Shown here piece after piece: positions 53,304-64,000 of a stretch of DNA of 64,000 bases. The notes below the pieces were generated by a model. It saw nothing but the letters and a program-made list of their open reading frames with translations, did no database searches and was not told the DNA's origin. This DNA comes from Antedon mediterranea (taxonomy: Eukaryota; Animalia; Echinodermata): positions 18,059,365-18,123,364 of the forward strand of contig NC_092678.1 in NCBI RefSeq assembly GCF_964355755.1. The letters are read 5' to 3'. The number at the start of each line of letters is the position of its first letter. The stretch's first letter is position 1. A program made the position numbers and the translations under genes.

Positions 53304-54036
53304 GTTTCCTAAACTCTACACGTTCATACAAATTCATATATACATATAAAATACAAACGCGTTTCCTAAACTCTACACGTTCATACAAATTCATATAAAA
53401 ATAAATACAAACGCGTTTCCTAAACTCTACACGTCAATACAAATTCATATATACATATAAAATACAAACGCGTTTCCTAAACTCTACACGTCAATACAAA
53501 TTAATATAGACACATAAAATACAAACGCGTTTCCTAAACTCTACACGTCCATACAAATTCATATAAAACTAAAATACAAACGCGTTTCCTAAACTCTACA
53601 CGTCAATACAAATTCATATAAACATAAAATACAAACGCGTTTCCTAAACTCTACACGTTCATACAAATTCATATATATAAAATACAAACGCGTTTCCTAA
53701 ACTCTACACGTCCATACAAATTCATATAAAAATAAAATACAAACGCGTTTCCTAAACTCTACACGTTCATACAAATTCATAAAAACAAAAAATACAAACG
53801 CATTTCCTAAACTCTACACGTCCATACAAATTCATATAGACATATAAAATACAAACGCGTTTCCTAAACTCTACACGTTCATACAAATTCATATAAACAT
53901 AAATACAAACGCGTTTCCTAAACTCTACACGTTCATACAAATTCATATAAAAATAAAATACAAACGCGTTTCCTAAACTCTACACGTTCATACAAATTCA
54001 TATAGACATAAAATACAAACGCGTTTCTTAAACTAT
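53304..54036. repeat. Tandem repeat, 53-57 bp unit, 13 full copies plus a partial
   Basis: Conserved AAATACAAACGCGTTTCCTAAACTCTACACGT(TC/CA/CC)ATACAAATTCATA plus a short variable A/T/C segment. Unit starts: 53304, 53361, 53415, 53472, 53529, 53584, 53639, 53692, 53747, 53802, 53859, 53913, 53968, 54023. Confidence 0.95.
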
Positions 54037-55995
54037 AACAGCAACCCTTGTATGCAATTGACAATATCTTTGCCCACGTGTTGGACAATTGAATATACAT
54101 ATTAATTAAAGAGTTACTCTCATGTTACACCGTTGTATAGGTACACAACATGCGTTTCAGTATATTTTCTCAAAATATGAGATTTCGAGTTTTAAGAGAT
54201 GATTTTATTTTTATTTTAATGTTTTGACAATAAATTACATATTTTAGTACTGCTTGTATACAGTATTGCTTTGGCATTTTACCAGGAAGGACAACAGAAC
54301 AAAATGGCGTCACACACCATATCTATAGCAGGCTATAATTCTGCTCAACAGAAAAATAGATGTTTTATATATATTAATTTGATCCAACGTGCATTGCAAT
54401 TTCATTTGCACGTATGAAAACATTTATAACTGTCCGTTCGTTACAGTCAGGAAATTGGATTACAGTAAGGACATTACCAAAGTGTATCAGTGGTATAAGG
54501 CCTAGAGAAATAGTGTTTGAAATGAGAAGACTGATCGATTTTAACTGTAATCAATTATTTCTTTAGGCCACAGTTTCCTGCTCAGCAATATGAAGTAGCC
54601 TGCTTGATGCCATTTGTCCCGCGGTAGACTATACGTGCTAGTGTATGGTAAACAACATTGATAGCCTGTTTTGGTAATTCAAACAATTTTGAAAAGTATA
54701 TACTGTACTAACTAAACAATACAACATTGTAATTCTTTCTGTTTCACCATTTTAAACCCTCTTCAACTTTATTAAGGTGTGTTTAATTTAGATATCATGG
54801 TTATTGCAAAGCTAGATTTGTTACGCCACACCCACATCAAATTGTGTATCATTTTATTTGAATATTGGTTAATTTGTATCACGTGCCGTTAGTTATTTGG
54901 TTCCATTGCACAGTCAAGTTCTATACAATGGTTATATTGCACCGGTTGTAACTTTTTGCAAGAAAGAGTGCATTTTTTACATTTCTCTGAAAATGTTGCG
55001 CGACGCGTTAGTTACCGTACCAATATTAGGCGACCGAGAACTACTTTGTAGAATGCGCTGTTTATAAATTGTTCAGGTCCCGAATTCGAGTGCCACTTTT
55101 GTTCTGGCCTGAAGTCTAAAGCTGTAGATATATTAAATATAAGTTTACTTTGTAACCGTCAGTAGGTATTGTCGTATTAGGTATTTTGTTTATAAAACAT
55201 ATAATGATTTTTATATAAAATAAAATATTCTCCAAATTCAGCTCATAAACATTCATTACTTTGTATAACTATTTGCCTGTAATATTTGAGGTTCTTTGCC
55301 GTTACATCTGTCTTAATGAAAATTTCATTATTGTACATACCACTAGCGATAGCGTCCTAATCAGTATTTGACAGCGATCAATTTCATAAGGGAAATGTAA
55401 AAATACAAACATCAATCTTCTCTGTCAAAACATTCTCAGGCATATTGAATAGCTTAATGGAACCTATAACATCGATTAACGGGTTACAGAAGCTAGATTG
55501 AATCCCACGGGTGATCAACTTGTACATTTGTGAAAAAGAAATTAATCCGAGCGTTTAATCAGGAACACTCGTTAGGCTGTGATTAAGCGCGGCAAAATCT
55601 TGTCAATTGATATTCCATTACGACGGCTTTCACGTTGTAAGAACAACTCGAGCGACTAAGTAGGAACAATAAGTACACGCATGATTAGACTAATTTTAAA
55701 TTTTAAAGTGTGCCTCGTTATCATGCGCAAGCCGCTGTTCTTTCTCGTAGATGTATTGTTTATTGGGAAGATGATCAGTTGACCGGCAGTTTGGTTCTCG
55801 GAAACAATTACAAATATTAATTATCAAGAACAAAGAAAGTTATGTTAGTGTCTCCAAATGATTGCTTATCATTTGATGGAGTTATCAAATTGGTAACTAT
55901 CAAATCACATTCCAATCCATCTTTCCACTTATTTAATTCTTAATTAATTTAATATTCTAGAGGTTGACCTAGTCTCATTAATTTGATGGATCCTT

Positions 55996-56295
55996 GGAGT
56001 GGAGCTGTGGCTTGGTGGTTATGATGCTTGGCTACCAATCTAAGGGTTCTGGGTTCAAGTCCTGTCATATGTCAGGGTTTTTTTCTCATGACAATTTACA
56101 ACTCCACTCCCAAAGACTTAATAATAAGTCTTTGTTTATTTCTTGTGTATTGTTTGTCTTATATGTTCTAGTGCAGTATATGGAGAGCCATCTCGATAGT
56201 GCTTTGCACTCATGGCAATCCTCAGGGTGCTGCACCGCTGTATTGTCATGTATTGTTGTGCCTGAAAATTGAATAAAATAAAATAAAATAAAAAA
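55996..56295 (+). mobile_element. tRNA-derived SINE, family 1 head with a different 3' tail
   Basis: Head and body match 18872/49723 until ~56160. An unrelated ~110 bp segment follows, ending in (AATAA)n. Confidence 0.82.
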
Positions 56296-56299
56296 GACA

Positions 56300-57245
56300 A
56301 TACACGACAAACAATATTACAAAAACATTTAACTATCTTTAGAGGAGGTGCATAGTATGCAATTATAAGTCAATATTTTCAATGTTTTATTAATGATTCA
56401 CTTGGAAAAATTAAAATTTTCTCATAAAGTTTAAGTAACTTTAATATTTCCCTATTATTTCGTAGATATGAAACCAATAATATCCATGGCCAAAATTCAT
56501 ATTTTCAATAACACACCAATATATCACTAATATTTCCAAGATATTTAACATATACTGGACTCCATATTAAATTGTATTTTACAATATTCTTCAAACATGT
56601 TTGACTCTTTTAAGTATACTTTTTTTCCATATAGGCGTATCCTTAAGACACGTTCATTCATCGTGTCAAAACATTTTTCAGGTTCAAGATTTATTTTTAC
56701 TTTCAATGGAATTATTCCTATATTTAGCTCAATAATTTCAAGATCCTTAACTCCAAACATACTTAACTCCAAACATATTAACTAATAACTCAATTGCTTC
56801 AAAGAAACCTAATCTATGTGTAATATATTTAACTAAACAATGTTCAAGGTTTTTTTTAAACTCAATGTTAAGATTAAAGTTCTTGCTTCCAAAATCTCCA
56901 TATTGTCAGGAAAAAGAAAAATTCTATACATTTCAGAACATGTAGTTCCTTACTTCCAAAGCAAATTAATTCTATCGTAGAGGAAACTGATTTTACTATA
57001 AGATATAACTCCGTACTTTCAATTTACCTCCATTTTTTGTGGAACTACAGTACATATTCTGAATAGTCTTCCATGACTACATTACATAGATATCTAAAAC
57101 TTTCTCTATTTCGCACACTGTGTAACTCTATCCTTTTCAATCCATGGTGAAAACTAATCTAACCATGTTGAAGCAGAGATCACTTCCTTAATTCAACTAC
57201 TATATAATTCCCAACCTTTATAATTAGCATGCTTAACCTCAATTC
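56300..57245 (-). mobile_element. Decayed L1/Tx1-like LINE ORF2 3' region
   Basis: Minus-strand fragments in the expected order: IEKVLD...CSSTKNGGKLKV (GG motif), GVKDL, and LRIRLYGKKVYLKESNMFEEYCK (resembles the approach to the C-terminal zinc knuckle). Many stops and frameshifts. Confidence 0.4.
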
Positions 57246-57534
57246 ATTTAACGAAATGATGTCATTTGTAAACTAAAGATGATACGGTGTTGAGATTCAA
57301 TTCTTACCGGAATTTAAAATGTGGCACTTGAGCTGAACCGGAAATTACTCGACAAAAATGTGAACATCAGCCTTCCCTGCAGCATAAGATTGATTACGGT
57401 ATCAAACCCCCTTCACAAACTACTCCGTATCTACTAACGATCCAAAAGAAATATGTTATCGTTTTTTGACTGCAGAAACTCTGATGCTTATAAATGGTTA
57501 CAAAATAAGAATAAACATATTTGGATTATTACCC

Positions 57535-57651
57535 TTTTTAGTCGCGTGCAAACGCGACTCTACAACTCACTATGTCGATCGGTTGGTCAGTCGGTAGTTT
57601 GGTCGGTTGGTCGGTAAACATTAACTAAAATTTGAGCACGCGACTGCAGCC
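57535..57651 (+). mobile_element. Short HINE-like element, 3' hairpin damaged
   Basis: TTTTTAGTCGCGTGCAAACGCGACTCTACAACTCACTATGTCG...(GGTC/GGTT)n...GAGCACGCGACTGCAGCC. Confidence 0.85.
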
Positions 57652-58924
57652 TTATAGACTTCGTATTAGTGTGTTCACATTGACTGTCGTTATACCTAGA
57701 CTTACTGGTATTAAGTTCATATTATTTTTATTTTGTTTGAAGGTACGTTTGCATGGTTGATATAAGTTTTCGGTACACACCACGTATGCAGTTCTGAAAA
57801 AAACTGTTGAGTTTCTCGACGTTTTGATCAATATGCTTTAATCGTCCTCAGGGGGTGTGATACGTGGTTCGATGTACGGCACACTATCAACATGTTTCGG
57901 TGTACCGCAAACTATCAACATGATGTTAGTTAGTATGATGTTAGTAGGATCCCATATGATTATTAATCAAGCATAGAATTTGTTTATTATTGTGTAGCAG
58001 CTACAGTATTCAAATTCAGCAATATGTCACGCTTCATTGCCTGTCAGATCCGAAAGTTCATTGTTTGACTACAAAACATTGGCCTACGACGACCTAGGCC
58101 AGTTTACGGCTTTCTTTCTCGGCAGGTGAAAACATTTATTGCAGAGGAAGATTGTACTCTGCATGCACTGGACTGTACATGTATTTTGTTATTGAGAAGC
58201 GAATATAGACATTTTGTTTTGTTTCTTAAGGAGGCCCTGTGTACATCCATATGCTATACACTTTGTAATTTCTAGTTTAAAAAAACAATTTACAAAACTT
58301 AATAAAAGTTTTAAAATACAACAATGAAATTCAACAAATTTATCGTCGAACACAGATTCCTCATCAAATTAATCACCACTAGGCCTAATTGTAAGAACAG
58401 TTCTATAAAGTAATAAACCTTCCTATTTTAGTTGCCCTAGTTTAAAAAATTCGTATTAATAAATATTTTAATTTTAAAAAAAGGTATTTACAAAAGCAAT
58501 CGATATAGGCTACACTGAACTAATTTTGAAAAAAGCAATGCAAATATTTAGTCACCCAACCTAGAAATGAACAAACAAGTAATTTTGCTTGCTCGAGGTA
58601 ATTTGTCATCAAATATAACAGGGTTTTTATACTATAACAAAACATCAGTTTATTTGAATATCAAAAGAATTATATTTGGATAACAAAAATCTGAGCTGCA
58701 CTTGACTTGATGAAATTATTTCTGAAGCATAGTTCTTCTAGATAAATTTTAATTAAGTATCCAGAATTCATATTGTAAGAAACCCAATTTAAATAGTTGA
58801 TGAATTTATCTTATAGTTCTTTGTCTTATGTAGATTCGTCCCACTTTATTCTTCTTTATCTGTTAAAATATTGTTTACGTAATCATGAATGATTGCACCG
58901 AACATACGAGTTAAAATAACTATA

Positions 58925-59110
58925 GCGAGGCATTTAATGAATAGGCAAACTGCCTTAAAATGTGACATGTTTCGAGAAACTGTTCTCATCATCAGAACAG
59001 AAAACAGCACCTAGAGTACTTATATACCAATATGACAGAGGTTGTATGTAAATAAGAGAGTGATTAGCATGATAAAACAACAAGGAACGCAGGCAACAAA
59101 CAATCATATT
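58925..59110 (-). mobile_element. Probable solo Penelope-like element terminal repeat (pLTR)
   Basis: The minus strand carries, in order, TATATAA (59026-59020), a hammerhead-like core (58995-58964) and ATTAAA (58938-58933). Outer limits are uncertain. Confidence 0.55.
58958..59002 (-). ncRNA. Minimal type I hammerhead ribozyme-like motif
   Basis: RNA reads CUGAUGA-U-GAGAA-CAGU-UUCUC-GAAA-CAUGUC: both conserved core boxes, a 5-bp helix II, a palindromic ACAUGU helix III and a GUC triplet. Helix I is weak. Confidence 0.6.
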
Positions 59111-59493
59111 ACGTAATAATATGTATATGCCATACAGTACAACAATTACTCCATGTTACAACTGACATTTATTTTTCAACCATTTAAAAAAAATCTTTTC
59201 CTTACTATATTGTGTTTAAAAAACGATTGTTTAACTTAATAGTTTGTAAAAATATATTTCCTCCTCGTTTGTGTGGTGGGAACGTGTCCCCTTAATTGTG
59301 TCTGTATGTGTCTATTGTATAGAGGTGGTTGTACTGTATGGGAAATAAAATAATTATAATTTTTAATTTTGATTAATAGACTTCCCGAAGTATGTAGTTG
59401 TTGTCTTGTTTATGTTAGTCCACCACTGGTACTGATATTCGTTTATTGTCCATAGTAATATAACATAGAAATACATTTATTTATTTTAATTTT

Positions 59494-62451
59494 TAGGTTA
59501 TATGCATTATCATGCATATAACCTCTTGATTCTGTCAAAATCTTTATTAGGTTATATGCATGATATGCATATAACCTCTTGATTCTGTCAAAATCTTTAT
59601 TTATTTATTTATTTATTTATTTATTCTTTCCTTAGCACTATTTTGTCCGTGCATTATCTTGGCATCAGTTTAATCTAGCTAAGTCAAGTTTTCAGAGTAT
59701 ATTCCTCATGGCCAGGAATCGATGTGGTTATATTTTCACGATGCGTAATCAAAAATTACGCGGTCTACGCGCGATTTTACGAAATCACGTTTGTAATCAT
59801 ATCTTCACAAGCATGAATCACAATTAAACAAAATTTGGTACTCATAAATTTCAGGTCATATTTCATCATATGGCAATAAAATTACGTGCGTAGCGCATAT
59901 AACGCTTGCGTACGCGCGCTTAAAATGTTCAAAATTGTCAAAATTTATTTTCGATGAAATTAGAGTACGTTTCAGGCAATTTTAAGCGTTTAAAAAATTG
60001 CCATGAGTGCGCAGATTTTTGCACGCGCACTGCGCGTTAAACGTTAATGCGCACTCTTTTTGCCCGATTTCTGTTTTACAATCTTTCTTTAATAATATCA
60101 TCATGTTTGATTCAGGTTTCAACTCGAAATTGCGTTATACGAGCACGTCAAAAGTGACTGGCTACGCACGTATAAGTTAACAAAATGGTGAAAATATGCT
60201 AAATTTTAAAATTAATATATATCATCAGAATGCAGGGGAACACCTATTTTTTATTTCATTTTCTTGAAGTGTATGTATCATATGTATGATTTATTATCAA
60301 ATAAAGAGAACAAAAGTTGATTAAGTCATCATTAATTGCATATTAAATTTTTTTTAAATAATTTCGACAACCAAACAAATTATGACATTTTCTTAGGCCA
60401 AAATAACAAACTTAACATTAACTTTCTTCCTTCAAAAATTTTATATATTAAAGTTAAAAGTATGTAGTTTGACAGTGCATCATTTGTATACATTTTAAAG
60501 ATGTCATCATAGTAAAAAATTATAATTCATTTCGGTATGTAATAATCTATTTGCATCAAAGTGGTTACTGCATAGTAAATACACGGAGGAATTTTTCTAC
60601 AACTTTTAGTCAGTTGTGTACGGCTCGGTGGTCTGTGCTCGTGTCTATGGCATTCAAGGTACCGAGATCGAGTCTCACCTTGGGAAACGAAATAAGATTT
60701 TTTTTTTATTATCCGTATTGTTTGTTCAAATTTATTTCTTAGTGTATAGATTATACACATGATTTATAATGAAATCTAGATAAAAATTAACTTATGTCTA
60801 TATTATTATGTAACAACAAATGTGGTTTATGACATTATACGCATATGGATCTTTGATCGGATTGTGATACCGGCTATGGTGTTCGCGTTAGCAAGGTCCT
60901 ATCATATATTATAAATAATTAACGATTCTGAGAAAATCAATCAATCAATATATCTTTTAAAAATCAATTATCTTTATTTAAATCAATGCATATAACCTAT
61001 AATTCGTCATAGTGACGAATTAAATCTAGTTTATTTATTCTTTCCTTAGCACTATTTTGTCCGTGAATTATCTTGATATCAGTTTCATCTATCTAAGTCA
61101 ATTTTTCAGAGTATATTCCTTATGGCCAGGAATCGATGTGGTTATATTTTCACGATGCGTAATCAAAAATTACGCGGTCTACGCGTGATTTTACGAAATC
61201 ACGTTTGTAATCATATCTTCACAAGCATGAATCACAATTAAACAAAATTTGGTACTCATAAATTTCAGGTCATATTTCATCATATGGCAATACAGTTACG
61301 TGCGTAGCGCATATAACGCTTGCGTACGCGCGCTTAAAATGTTCAAAATTGTCAAAATTTATTTTCGATGAAATTAGAGTACGTTTCAGGCAATTTTAAG
61401 CGTTTAAAAAATTGCCATGAGTGCGCAGATTTTTGCACGCGCACTGCGCGTTATACGTTAATGCGCACTCTTTTTGTCCGATTTCGGTTGTACAACCCTT
61501 CTTTAATATTATCATCATATTTTATTCACTTTTCAACGCGTAATTGCCTTATACGAGCACGTCAAAAATGACAGGCTACGCACGTGTAAGTTAACAAAAT
61601 GGTGAAAATATGCTAAATTTTAAAATTAATATAGATCGTCAGAATGCTCGGGAACACATATTTTTTATTTAATTTTCTTGAAGTGTATGTATCTTATGTA
61701 TGATTTATTATTAAACAAAGGGAACAAAAGTTGATTAAGCCATGATTAATTGCATATTAAATTTAAAAAAATTCATTTCGACAATCAAACAAATTATGAC
61801 ATTTTCTTAGGCCAAAATAACAAACTTAACATTAACTTTCTTCCTTCAAAAGTTCATATATTAAAGTTAAAAGTATATAGTTTGACAGTGCATCATTTTT
61901 GTACATTTTTAGAGATGTCATCATAGTAAAAAATTATAATTCATTGCGGTATGTAATAATCTATCTGCACCAAAGTGGTTACTGCATAGTAAATACACGG
62001 AGGAATTTTTCTACAATTTTTAGTCAGTTGTGTATGGCTCGGTGGTGTGTGCTCGTGTCTATGGCACTAGACTCAAGGTACCGAGATCGAGTCTCACCTT
62101 GGGAAACGAAATAAATTTTTTTTTTATTATCCGTATTGTTTGTTCAAATTTATTTCTTAGTGTATATATTATACACATGATTTATAATGAAATCTAGATA
62201 AAAAATAACTTATGTCTTTATTATTATGTAACAGCAAATGTGGTTTATGACATTATACGCAGAGGGATCTTTGATCGGATTGTGATACCGGCTATTGTAT
62301 TCGCGTTAGCAAGGTCCTATCATATATTATATATTATTTAAAGAATCTGAGAAAATCAATGAATCAAAATATCTTTTAAAAATAAATTATCTTTATTTTA
62401 ATTATCAATGCATATAACCTATAATTCGTCATAGTGACGAATTAAATCTAG
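59494..62451 (+). mobile_element. Helentron-type non-autonomous element as a head-to-tail dimer (units ~59494-61029 and ~61030-62451)
   Basis: 5' AGGTTATATGCAT...ATGCATATAACCT hairpin (duplicated at 59494 and 59548) and a (TTTA)n microsatellite. Each unit ends with subterminal ATGCATATAACCT, hairpin AATTCGTCA-TAG-TGACGAATT and CTAG|TT. The two ~1.42 kb bodies are colinear and similar. Confidence 0.88.
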
Positions 62452-62547
62452 TTTTATTTTATATCTTTAGGCAATGTGGCCAAGGATTACCAATAGTGAA
62501 TTAATCACTGTCCTATCAGATAGGTGGTAATCCCCCTGATACAGGGG
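62452..62547 (-). mobile_element. 5'-truncated copy of the Deu-domain SINE (tail only)
   Basis: TCTTTAGGCAATGTGGCCAAGGATTA..AATAGTGAATTAATCACTGTCCTATCAGATAGGTGGTAATCCCCCTGATACAG is the reverse complement of ~27393-27473. Confidence 0.9.
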
Positions 62548-63215
62548 CTATTTTGTGTTATGTATAATACATTAAAAGCTTTTATCATAAAATCACTTTT
62601 TATCATTAAAACTATTAAAAATACAATATTAAAAAGGAAGAATTGCACAATGATACGTTAACTCTACAGTTTTGTATCTGCCAGTAGACGTTTCGATTTT
62701 TTTTAAATATTATGAAACGCCATATGTCTCAAAATATTTATTTTTTAACTACTTTCGAACTAGAACCTACTTGATTAAAAGCATAGACCATCAAAGACAT
62801 TTGCATTACCAATTAATCAAACCATAATTATTCCAACGCATTATTATAAATCGCTTAGTTGGTCATGTTTATTTGGATTAATTTTAGTCGTAAAACTTAT
62901 AATTATCGTTTATGAATTACTCATCTGAGCCTATAATTGTTTATTAATTGATAAATGTAAATTTACAAAATATTTCTTACGTATCTTCACAACAAAACAC
63001 CTGTTGATAGCATTCAGACACTTTTACGGCCATTTTGACAAATGTTCTCAACGGTACATGTACCCGATTCAGCTGTCAATAGGAAGAGTCTAACTGACTA
63101 TTGCAAGTCATCTAGAAACGAGTCATAACAGGTATATGCGTATAAAATCACTGTTACTACATGTTACATGAGTTGGTTAATAGTAGTATGGGTCTTAACG
63201 CCAGTTTATGGTTTA

Positions 63216-63394
63216 AGCGTGGTTCCCACTAGCGACGCAACACAAGGATGTAACGCAACGCAAGTGAATTGACCAATCACAAACGAAGGCTTATTCGCTT
63301 GTGATTGCTAACTGTCTATAACTTCGCTTGTCATTGGTTAAAACGCTTGCGTTGCGTTTACGTCCTTCCGTTACGTTCTAGTGGGAACCAAGCT
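63216..63394. mobile_element. MITE family A, 179 bp
   Basis: Same TIRs and interior as the copies at 8227 and 51236; TTA / TAA flanks. Confidence 0.93.
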
Positions 63395-64000
63395 TAAGGC
63401 CTACTTCTGATTATTGCAACCTGGGAAAGTAACGCAAACATAAAAACACAATTAAACGCAAACATAATCCTAGACAATTAACTAATAACAATTCACGAGC
63501 TCACTTATTTGTTTATCTCAACGGTTCACAAAGTGTTTAATCGTTATGTGGAATTAACGATGCCTCATAATATTTTAGCCGTACTTCTGAATATTACCAC
63601 TTAGAAAACGCAAACAAACGCAATAAAACACAATTAAACGCAATAACTGCATAATCTTATAAAAACAACTAATGAACTATATAACTAATGTAATTCAAAT
63701 AAATAATAAATAATCAATCATATAATTTATGAGCTAACTTATTTATTCATCTATAATAATTAGTACCGCCCTTATAATGCCAGAATAAATTAAGCATGAC
63801 GAATAATAATTATAATGCACTGTGTTTTGGTTTCGGGTGACGCTACAATTGAAATGGAAACAAATGCTAGTGGCGACTTGTGACTCACTATAAAGGTGAT
63901 AACAGTAAAATGGCTTTCCATAATGAGTCATAGTTAAATTTAGCTGGTAGAGTAATTTGAAATAAATCATAACTAATAATTTAATTATTATAGTTATAGA

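Noticed and set aside
53304-54036. CRISPR array
   Set aside because: The variable parts are only ~7-10 nt, low-complexity and related to each other. There are no cas genes and the context is eukaryotic.
60527-62114. ORFs inside the Helentron dimer as Rep/Helicase or captured genes
   Set aside because: They are short, lack HUH and helicase motifs, and the frames are not preserved between the two units.

Overview
AT-rich, non-coding DNA from a eukaryotic (animal) genome. A marine invertebrate, possibly a deuterostome, is my inference from a Deu/Nin-domain SINE and abundant TAGGCCTA words. I see no intact protein-coding gene and no prokaryote-type system. Almost all listed ORFs are spurious or repeat-derived; the only convincing protein homology is a 5'-truncated RTE-clade LINE (30534-31138). 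The window is a patchwork of mobile DNA: three families of palindromic PIF/Harbinger-type MITEs, a 1.07 kb foldback/MULE-like element, short and long Helentron-type (DINE-1/HINE-like) elements including a ~2.96 kb head-to-tail dimer, two tRNA-derived SINE families, decayed CR1/L2- and L1/Tx1-like LINE ends, a Penelope-like terminal repeat with a hammerhead-ribozyme core, and many tandem repeats. A few weak + strand exon candidates suggest this may be the long 5'-UTR/intron region of a gene whose CDS lies outside the window. The most interesting signals are module swapping between elements (two Helentron end-sets sharing one ~490 bp core; one SINE head with two tails), the hammerhead motif, MITEs nested in their own termini, and strong TAGGCCTA enrichment. 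All coordinates were read by eye and element boundaries may be off by a few bases.
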